Assembly: GCA_000165425.1 (NCBI GenBank)
Contig: CT868042.1
Coordinates: 62,001-126,000 of the forward strand
Reading direction: 5' to 3'
DNA: 64,000 nt
DNA from: Paramecium tetraurelia
Taxonomy: Eukaryota
The position numbers and the translations under genes were made by a program. Positions 54,029-64,000 of the stretch are shown here, one piece after another (within the stretch, counting starts at the first letter, position 1; each line of letters begins with the position of its first letter). The notes under the pieces are model-generated. The model worked only from the letters and a program-made list of their open reading frames with translations. It searched no databases and was not told where the DNA came from.

Positions 54029-56867
54029 TCAACTATTTTCATTTACATAATTTATGTAGGTTTGAGTTATTTGTTTCAAGTCCAAATTGATATCCTTTTA
54101 TAGAATGGAGATTTAAGTCTTCAGACTCAACAATTGCAACTTGCTTATCTGCTCTACATATTGACTCTGTGTCCGTATATCAAGTAATCTCACAAAACAA
54201 TCAAATTGCTGACTCTGATATTATCCATTGACTTGTTTAATAAACTTTTGCAATTCTCCCTGCATTTGTTACTTGTTGGATTTATTTATAGTCCCCACTA
54301 TCAACTCCATTAGATTTTCTGTGTACGCTTGATAATAAATCTACCCTATCTCTTCTGGCTTGATCGTTTGGTTGCTCAACGATATGACCGATATCTGATG
54401 CATTATTTGAGTCATCTTGTACATAATCTAATAACTAGTTATCTGTTTATTGTCAATCTCACTATCCTTCAATCCTTGACTATAAATCCATAGGAATTTC
54501 AACTGATCCAGCCATTGCTTCGTTTTCTTTAAGTAGGATTCGATAAACTCGATGTCTTCCTAGTATCGATAAGACTGTCTAATAAACTCGTATATTTGAT
54601 AACAAAGCGTTAAGTTCTCTAGGATCTCTCTCAAACAAGACGAAGTGTAAATCACCTAAATTTAAAGATTCGTCGATCTAATGCTATCTATTTATTTCAT
54701 TAGCATTTGCTATAGATTACTAAATCTAGCGAATTTAATGATGTGATGATGACTTATCACTAGATTGTCGAAATTGTCCTCGTATGATGGCAATTCAAAT
54801 TACAACTGCTTTATTTGGGCATATAGATCATTCCTTATCAAAAGATAACAATAATATTCAAAACAATGGATAGTATGCAAAAAACAGTCGATTCTGAATT
54901 GCTAAACATTTTAAGCAAAAAAGAGTAGTTCCTAAAACTGACTTACAATGAAGAAGTATTCCTCCTTCTTATTGTACGGACTCTCAATTGATTACAAAGG
55001 CTATTGCTATTCAAAATGAGGTATAATTTGTTTGACTTCTAATAATTAATTCAAATATTGAGATTGAGCATTGAGTCTCCTGTTCTCCACATAAAAATCT
55101 AGTTTATTAAATAGCACACATTGATATTAGGGTTTAACTATATTCGTGGATCCCATTCCTTTTTGGACACTTAAACATTGAATGACATTTATGCTCAGTC
55201 CTTGTGCAATCAATCTTAAGGTGTTTTTCAGATGAAACAAGAGTGTGTAGGATTTCAAATTACTTAGTTCCTCCCCTATTTGGATGATCTTGAAAATCAA
55301 AGCCTCGAATCTTATCCAATCTTAATAAACACATTGCGCATCCATCTTGGTGTGTCTGATACTCTTGACGACCTTATCCTGAATATATTGCCAGAACTGA
55401 TTCTTTTCAATGTTATACTGAAATCCCACCTTCTTCAGTAAGGGCTGTTTCTTCTGCTGAGCGTTGATTTACAACAACCTTTAGAATTGCTAAACTATCA
55501 GACCGAGAGAGTATGAAGTAAGATAGAATGAAGTTAAGAAGGCCGTCAAGTATTTATTCAAAGAATGTAGGCAATCATACTTAACTCCCTTTTTCTAATA
55601 GAATACTTAATTAAAATACCATAAGCTATTTGTTGAAATTCTATGGTTGGATGTCTACATTCTCATTTCTCAATTGTTGTCTGATAATGCTTCTAAATTG
55701 ACTCTAAAGAGATGTTCGAATCTATTTGCTGATGTCAACACTTTTATTATTCAACTCATAATATTGCAGATAATCACACATGCTATCTAACATCTTGTAT
55801 AACTCTTCTCTGTCCTTATTATTTTACACAAAAGTCAAGACTATATTTTGAGTGAAGAAACGATAAGAATATTCTAATTGTTGTTGAAACAAGGATTCAA
55901 TGTATCCTCTGATATCACTGAAACAATAATATAGATGCATCTATTGTTTCATATCTCTAGATTAAGTCCAAACTAAATCTTTAATAGATATTATCTTGTA
56001 TAAGGACCAACTATCACTGGTCACTTGATCCTTATTTAATTCGCAAACTAATTCAAAGACCTATTGATATCTTTGTCTAAACTTGATAACATTTGAGATC
56101 TGTAATTCTACTTCCTCCTTTTATTTTTACTTCTTTTATATTTTCAATCCCAAATCCTTGTGTGTTTGCTTCAATAATTTTAATACTAGTCTCGCCCTGG
56201 CAATTCTTGCACAACATTAATTGACTCGAAATGATAATGCATCCCACATATAATAACACCAATTCAATTAATGTTAATTTTCCATCAATTTGAGAGAGAG
56301 CTGCTTCTTGACTTCACTGTTTTTACGACTCAGATTTTCTATCATGGTCCCTTGTATTTCAAGTGTGGGTCTCTTGCCCATCTGTGTAATCAAGTAACTC
56401 AAAATCTCACATTCATTATTCTCTTTATAATACATCTCATCTATGTCCTTATCTTCAGTCATTAAGAATTGCACAGTCAAACTGCTCTCATCTAAGTCTT
56501 CAGATGGCTAAGATTACACATGTTTGGTCAATTGCATATTTGATTATTTCCATTCAGGTTTACTAAAAATCTGAGGCTTGGTCCTTTTAACAACAGGAGC
56601 TTCATCGAAGATCTTTTTCTTTTGCGAATTCTATGAGTTCATTCTGTCCCAAATAGGAGACTTGGACTTTTGAGTGTGGTGTTTTTAATCATTTCTTGAT
56701 GCACTAGAATTAGCTCTTTGATGTGAAGTGAATATTTTATCCTTGTACTCCTTCATCTTCTAGCCAACATTATTGAGTTACTATTGCACACTTTAACTCG
56801 TCGTTGGCCTATCCTCAAAGTCAAGAAACTCATTAAATTTACTATAAATGCTATATATGTTATTCAT
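54029..56867 (-). CDS. Large alpha-helical protein, possibly a CATCHR tethering subunit (Sec5/Vps51-like); 5' end uncertain
   Basis: Long code-6 frame of helical composition. 'EILSYLITQM..TLEIQGTMIENLSRKNSEVKKQLSLKLMEN' weakly recalls the Vps51/Sec5 N-terminal coiled coil. The C-terminus reads ...QITQTYINYVNENS-TGA. Family call is tentative. Confidence 0.5.
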
Positions 56868-58320
56868 ATTAATAGACGACCCATATCAATCTCCTCCCCA
56901 ATAATCCATCACCTTTGGCCAATTCACAATCAAATTCATCTGTTTCTCTCTAACTTTACTTCTACTGAACATTTCTAATGTATTTTCTATGTAACACTTT
57001 AATAAATACATAAAACTAGGATAATTTCTTCATTAGCAATTTATGAATAGTAAAAGTGTCTAATGAAAATATAAATCATATCAGAGTGGTCATATTTGGA
57101 ATGATTTCATTTGTTGTCCTATCAATAAAACATATTCATGCTGATGTGAATTGTAGTTCTCTTAATTAAATAAGTTAAAAGCCAATGATCTATAGAGCCA
57201 AACGTGATGGTGAATCAAATGAATCTTTACATCATTCCTATCTTAACCTTCAGATATGCTATTAATTATTCCAATAGAAATTCATCACCATCTAATTATC
57301 TATCATTAATTAACTCTGCAGATCATTCATATGCTGTATAATCATCTTTAGTTTTTTAATAAATTCTGAATTCATTATTTCAAAATGATGTCCATTTGAT
57401 ATTAAGGTCGATTGAAAAATATAAATTATTGATATTGAGTTTATTAATACTTATGATTTAATTTATTAATTGATTTTTTACTCTTGATTAATTCATAAAT
57501 TATCTAGATTTGAAAGTCTTAAGTCTTATGAATGAGAAATGATAAATAAATTTTAAAGAATTCTCATCATTTATACGATATAGAGCTTCTAACAAAAATT
57601 AGAAGTTGTTATTTCTTCATAGTAGATCAAGTTTACTATTTGGGTATATAGAATTTGCTTTAATATAAATTAAATATCTAATTAATATTAATATCTTATA
57701 AATTTTAAGTGGAGGGTTATATTATCATTAATTAACAAATATGGAGAGGAAATGGAGTCTACGAGAAACGAAATAAAATGAAATTTCTTAGAGATATCAT
57801 AATTTAATAAAAAGATAAATTATTGAGAACCGAGTAGCAACATGGTTCATTAATTCATATAATAATATTAAAGAATAGGATATTGCTTACTTTAAAATTA
57901 ATATTATTGAAGATTATTGAAATGTCTTTAATAAAATTGCATCTTTGCTCAAAAAATAATTGATTATTCAAAATTATAATAATGAATAATATATGAATTT
58001 AATCATTACAATTTCAATTTGATATTACTTATTATTTTATCAACAGTTAATTTACTTTTTAAACTGCTGCCTTGTATTGGTCTTTCAGATTTACATATTT
58101 AAATAAAATGTTCCTTTTTTTCTGAAAGTTCGATGAGTTTAAGTTAGATGCACTTTGCCTTGTTTTTCAATTTCAGTAGAATGACTCATATTTTAATTGT
58201 ATCAGCAATCTTCTCAAGGTTGATTGATTAAAAGATGAATTCTTATGTAATAAGATAAAAAATAAATACTTTATCAGACTATTGATTTGTTTGATATATT
58301 ATTCTAATATACTAATAACT

Positions 58321-59901
58321 ATGCAACAAAAATCAACGAATTTAATACATCGAAAGTTTAAATTCCCAGAAATCGAGGGTTCTAATAAATCAAATCGCTC
58401 AAGAGGTTCACCAACATCGAGCAGAAATAACACAAGTTAGGAGAGGGATCTCTCAATTGATGGTGGAAATTAAATATAGGTGTTTAAAATACGAAATCTT
58501 CAAGTTTCTGAAAGAAGCGAAACTCCAAAACAGGAGAAGGTATTTGGAATGAGCAAGAGTACTCGTCTGAAAAGTAGATAGGATCAAAATGATGATTATA
58601 CTGACCGTAATTCACAGGAGTTAATGCTGCCAAAAATTTATTCGCCGATCTTAACTTCTAGCAGAAATATTGTTACCAAGATGAAAGACTCTATATTTAA
58701 ACCCTTGTTATTTAGATAGGAGATTATTGATAATCAAATAAATATCAAATTATAAAACAAAATACATGATTAATTAAAAAAAGGAGTAAATATTAAATGC
58801 TTATATTTATCACAACGAACAGATGTGTAAATAAATAAAATTATTGTTTTGAATTTCGATAGTAAGTTTGTCTATTATCAAAGGTTTGGTGCTTGGAAAA
58901 AGAAAATCCTTTTGGGAACAGCGAAATGAAATAACAATGTGCTCATAAATAGTGGGATCAAAATGTGATAATTCTTATTGTGCCTGTGCATTACAAAAAG
59001 AATTGAAATCCACTTTGTCTATGTAACTGTAATGTCATACTTAGATTATCGAAATAATTTTATATTGTCCTACTTTTCGAATGTAGCATCAGAGGTCAAA
59101 TTTGGCAATAATTTTTGATAGAGAGCAGATTTTCTATTGATGCCATTTATAGCATATCATAAATTAGATTGTCCGGTGGTGGAATTAAAATGAAATAAAT
59201 AATTTCCAATTTTGGTAGTTCTGATATCAAATAGTTGTTATACTTTGGAACCATAGATGGTGAATACTAGTATCTTAAGATTCCTAAGGAGTAGTTCTAC
59301 TATTAAGTTCCAATCGTTTAAGCAAAAACCTGTGTTTTAATCTACTTGTTCTAATTGCAAAAATCGAAATTCCTAGATTCTAAATTATTATTTGAGATTT
59401 GTATGTTGAATTGCAATAAGTCTGAGAGTTTCAACTATAAGAGACCAATTACAGTTGTGAATTACGATATAGAATCGACAATAAAATAAATGATACAGAT
59501 CGAAGAAGAAGATCTCATTTAGAATCAAATTTACAAAAACCTGTAAGTTTAAATTTAATATTAATAGAAGGCAAGAAGATGTTCAAGTAGAGGAAATGGA
59601 CGAAGAGTAAGAAGAAGGAAGTGATTCAAAAAACCTGCTCATGATTTGGTTTTATCAAGCCAAAAAATTACTATTAGATTACTTTAAAAGCATAAATAAT
59701 GAAGATTAAATCTAAAATCCCATTAGTATGATTGGCGATGTTTTGAGAAGAAATACATCAATCTAATTAAATTTTATTACAGAAGATTACGATAAACAGT
59801 CAAAAAGACATAAATTGTATAATGAAATAAAAGGTTCAGTAACAAAACAGACAACTTTCAGAAAATAAATTCAAATAGATTGCTTAATTATCCATGATTG
59901 A
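58321..59901 (+). CDS. Hypothetical protein
   Basis: ATG at 58321 (MQQKSTNLIHRKFKFPEIEG...) opens a long code-6 frame with short introns; TGA at 59899. No family recognised. Confidence 0.55.
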
Positions 59902-60134
59902 ATACAGGTTGTTGTGAAGGAATAACATTCTTCTATATTTATTATATAATTTAATTATAACTAAGTTTTGCATCTTATAATTATAAACTATGTAACAAAT
60001 ATCGTTTTAGAAATTAATTGAATTAAATAATCAAAACTTTTTTTTTTAACTTTGAATTAGAGACCTAAGATCCTATTAACTCTATAGATTTTATTTGGCA
60101 AATGGTTTCAACATCGATTAAATTAACATCCCTT

Positions 60135-61966
60135 TCATATTACTCGAGAGCGATTCCTATTTTTCACTGTGTAATCTTCTAAAATTTTAAGGTTACGGAG
60201 AACTGTTTTTATTTACTTTATTTAATAATTATTTAGTTTCTTTATCATTTCTTTCAGTCAAACATCCCAATTCATGGATTGACAACTTATTTTACAAAGC
60301 TCTACCATCAGATTTATTTTTTTTATGTTATTTCTTTTCGAGTAAATTGTGTTATTATTATTATTACACATTACTAGGTTTTTGTTTATTATATTAGTGA
60401 AGTATCTTATCTTAATTTGAACTCTGCTTTGTATGAGCAGAATTCTTTTATTTTTAAGCATTTTATGCCTTAAGAAATAGATCTTTTGCAAGCATCTCTA
60501 ATTGATGGTTTTTTTGAGGTGAATTAGTAGTTTTGAGTTTCTATTATCTGTAAAAATCATCCTTATGTTATTTTGGTTTGGCCAATTTTTGATAATTAAT
60601 TGAAGGACTGTTCCTGGTTGATGAAGACCCAAAAAACGCATTTGTTCCAGATAAAGGTCTGTGAGTTATTGCTCCATTTCTTAATTTTTACTATTATTCA
60701 ACTTCATCTAGTTAAAGTTTAACTACTTGATTAGGCTTATGGTTATTCTACGATTAAATAAGAGGTTATTATGATTTCAAAGAGGCTGAACATATGGATG
60801 TTTTATGCAAAGATAGAGTGGGTGAAATTTAATTGAGATCACCAATGAATTTATTAATTTTTAGTTAGTTTTTACTTACTATAGTCTTTGACTTAACTTT
60901 AATTAATTCCTGAGGTTTGTTCTCCAATCTAGTTCCACTCTCAATAATATCTGTCGAGGCTTATCGATTTGATTTCTTTGAGATATTATTAAATTGATCC
61001 TTCACAAAATTATTCCTTATCTCGATCGACCCAATACTATATTTGGTTTCGTTCTTATTATGCATGCTCGAATTTTTATTTTCCTTTTAAGACATCTTAG
61101 CCTTCTAACTAATGATCAACTCCTAGATCAATTATTCTTGGGGTTTCCTTGTAGTTGGAGATGTTCTCTAATTCAAATTGGCTTTATCTCCGATGTACAT
61201 TAGAAAATTATCTAAGGTTACTTTATCTTATTTAGTAAATTTAACTATTGAAAGGGATGATTAGTCTCCTCCAGATCCTAATTAATTGCAGAACTCATTT
61301 ATGGTTTGAGAGACTTCTATAGGCAGAGTTTTTTCAGGCTAATGTAGTTATATGGTAAAGTCTTACTTTTAACCAACTTAGTTCTTTTAATATTTAAATA
61401 TTTTTGATATTCTGTTACTCCTTGTCCTCTCTATCTAGAAGCTCAGATTCCTATGAATTTGCAGGGGAAGGTCTCTCACCCACTATTCCTTTAGGTGGTT
61501 TATTTGGATTTAATTTGTTTTCCTCTTCAATCATTTTAGCAATCCTAAAATAATCGTACTTCCTTTTCTTATCATAATATTTGTTTAAAATTGAACAGAT
61601 TGGCTCTTAAAATACTCGTGCAATATCTATATGGAACTATTTCGTATTAATATTGTACTTTGTAGTATTCTGTGAGTAACTGTATTTTTTGAGGAAATTC
61701 CTTCATTTAATAAAATCTCTTAAGGTATTCTTCCTATTCATATTAATTACTGTAGATACATCCTCGTCCATAGCCAGCTAATCTTTAAAAGTAATGACTA
61801 TTTTGGTATTAGCATCACCTAATATTTCATTAATATCCCTTATGTAGTAGTAATTTTGAGAGTGCTGATATTTTTCATACAATTTATAATTCATAACTGC
61901 AATTGGTTTTCTAACTATTAATGGTAACGATTGGCTTTTCTCATGGAATTTAAATTTCTAATTCAT
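60135..61966 (-). CDS. Hypothetical protein with a globular N-terminal block and a low-complexity S/Q/K tail
   Basis: MNQKFKFHEK...YYYIRDINEIL...EYLKRFY...LLTEYYK...ILNKYYDKKRKYDY, then a long low-complexity region. The 3' end is approximate. Confidence 0.6.
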
Positions 61967-62461
61967 ATTGTTAATTAATTTTAATTATATAATTTTATAT
62001 ATATGCAATGCATAATTTTATTGAATGAGGTAGGACAATTTATATTATTTGTGCAATATTGCTTATAGTTTAACGTATTCAATTTTATGCAATAGCAATC
62101 TTCACAATTTTTCAATCTCTCCTAAGTCATCTGAAAATAATTAGCTTTCAACCTACTTTGGTCTTTGACACTCTTTTCAAACCATTACAATGATAGAATG
62201 ATAAAAAGCATTCACAAAATATTGATTTTTCACCTTAGCGGGATAGGATTCTAGTTTTATAATTGGACTTAATTTTGGATTTATATTGTAATTCTTAATT
62301 TTAATTCATCCCACTTCTTCTATAGATTACTATTTTTAATTTTATATGATAAATTCAAAGTAGGATGCTCAAACTGTAATTAGCAAATCAGAACTTCATC
62401 TCGATTCGAACTTAGGATCAATTTTACAAAATTAATTAAAAATTATATAAATAATAAAAAC

Positions 62462-62784
62462 ATGTCATCACATCATTAAGAGAGTTTACCCTAAATAAGA
62501 TCATTTATGGTGGAGAGAAATGCTTACATAATAGATTTAACAAAAAGAACCATAATTAAAAAAGGCAATTAATAAGTCAAATTGAAGCTACCAAGCTTGA
62601 GTTAAAGATAGTCAATAATTACAATCAGGGATCCTCCAAAAATTAAACAAAAAAGGGACTCATTAACTGAAAAGATTAGAAAAATTCTTGTATGTTAATA
62701 TACCTATCCTAGGATTATTAATCTCCTTAATTCAGTTTGAAAAGAATGTTAGAAAAAAAAGTTAAAACAGTGACATTTCTTTGA
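62462..62784 (+). CDS. Small basic hypothetical protein ending in a KTVTF (RVxF-like) motif
   Basis: MSSHHQESLPQIRSF..., one 23-nt GTATG..TAG intron, then ...LEKKVKTVTFL-TGA. Confidence 0.5.
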
Positions 62785-64000
62785 TAATAAATTTATATTT
62801 TTCAATATTATCGTTCACAATATAGTAAGAAAACCTTTCTACTCTATTCATTTCGTTCTATTGGTTATTCTCCTTTTAATAAGTTAATCAATCCATTCTC
62901 ATTTGGAAAACCCACTGTTCATAACAGCTAAATTTTAAAACAATGAGAAAATCTTTTAAAATCGCATATATTTTATTTAGATTTTCAGAATGTTGATTAC
63001 TTTGGGTTTGTTTAATTATCTAATAAATTGTAAAATTATAAAATACTATATTAATGCAGATCAAATAAAATGATTGAAAATATAATAATATTTGGTTATA
63101 TGCAATTCTAACTTATTTTTTAGATCACCACCTTAAATAGCATCTTATGTTGTTTTCTTCTAAATAACGTGAGTAATATAAGTTGAAAACTAACATAATT
63201 TCTGAAATTGTTCTAGCTCTATCAAAAAGTTCAGTTTTAACAAGAAGTTATTGATTTCCTATCTATAACTTTGAGATAATCATATTTTAATATATTTGTT
63301 AAACCCCCTAGAATTATAATTGAGGGCTTTTTTAATTCAAAATTAACATTTCAATTTTTAATATAACAACTATTTTAGGAAATTTACTAATGTAATTTAA
63401 ATCCTGAAATAACAACTACCTCGCTTAAAATAGCAAATTTAAGATTAATGGTTTTTTATATATCTAATAACCTAAATTGATAGAATAATTCCTTTATTAG
63501 TATTATTATTACTATAAAATGTAGTTATATTTTCTATTTTTTATTTGTATGCCTGTAAATATTTCTCAATTCATATAATATTCTTTCAATTGCATAATTA
63601 AGTGATTTATCATAACAGCTACAAAAAATTAATATAATTATGTTTTCAAATTAGAGTAAAAATACAATTGTTCATTTGATTAAGGATGTTGTATAAGGGG
63701 AAAAGGAATTGGAAAATATAAAGCAGAGTCTAATTCTCCATATCACTGATAACAATGCCAGTTATTAGACCTGCTTTTTACATGTTATAAATTGTAATAA
63801 TATTAGCTTGCTTATGAGAAAGATAGAATAACGAGAAATGATTTGGAAGTATTTCTATAAAGTTCGTAAATACGTTTTGATTTAAGAGAAATATCATTGC
63901 TGAAATATACTACCTATTAAGAGTAAAATAAAATAATAATCATTAGTTTTTTGGACTTAATGCTTCCCAACAATCAAATATTTTTGAAGCAATATCAATA

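Noticed and set aside
54029..56262. Multi-zinc-finger / RBR ligase suggested by Cys-rich off-frame reads such as 'LCKNCQ'
   Set aside because: Those cysteines are in alternative frames. The continuous frame is helical and lacks RING spacing.
57420..58310. Short ORF from 57740 and surrounding AT-rich sequence
   Set aside because: No recognisable motifs or coherent exon structure.
62000..62420. Cys-containing minus-strand fragments (CEC, CEDCYC)
   Set aside because: No start codon or consistent frame could be established, so it is too weak to call a RING/IBR gene or pseudogene.
62800..64000. Terminal AT-rich region
   Set aside because: No supportable gene model. It may be a remnant or belong to a gene extending beyond the window.

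Overview
AT-rich, gene-dense eukaryotic DNA that reads as ciliate macronuclear sequence, most likely Paramecium. TAA and TAG encode Gln and only TGA stops (translation table 6). Introns are GT...AG and about 20-32 nt, and many intergenic gaps are only 10-60 bp. The supplied standard-code ORF track therefore fragments nearly every gene. Re-reading by hand gives about 30 protein genes. Recognisable ones are RPL9, VPS53, a TH1/PH-like plus AGC-type kinase, a GSK3/shaggy kinase, a four-domain voltage-gated cation channel, a BCH/CRAL-TRIO RhoGAP, a CFAP210-like protein, beta-tubulin, two RCC1-repeat proteins, a LITAF protein, a Ser/Thr kinase, an alveolate P4-ATPase/guanylyl cyclase fusion, a GDPD, a SHIPPO-repeat protein, a SAM plus FCS-finger protein, a TBC RabGAP and GCN1. 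Points worth a second look: the channel has a D/D/D/D (CatSper-like) pore and an almost uncharged domain-I S4; beta-tubulin and LITAF carry apparent homopolymer frameshifts; an intergenic hairpin has H/ACA-like geometry; two divergent start codons lie 10 bp apart; and several long gaps look like decaying gene remnants. No rRNA, tRNA, transposon, CRISPR array or telomere repeat was recognised. All gene models were read by eye and no database searches were run.
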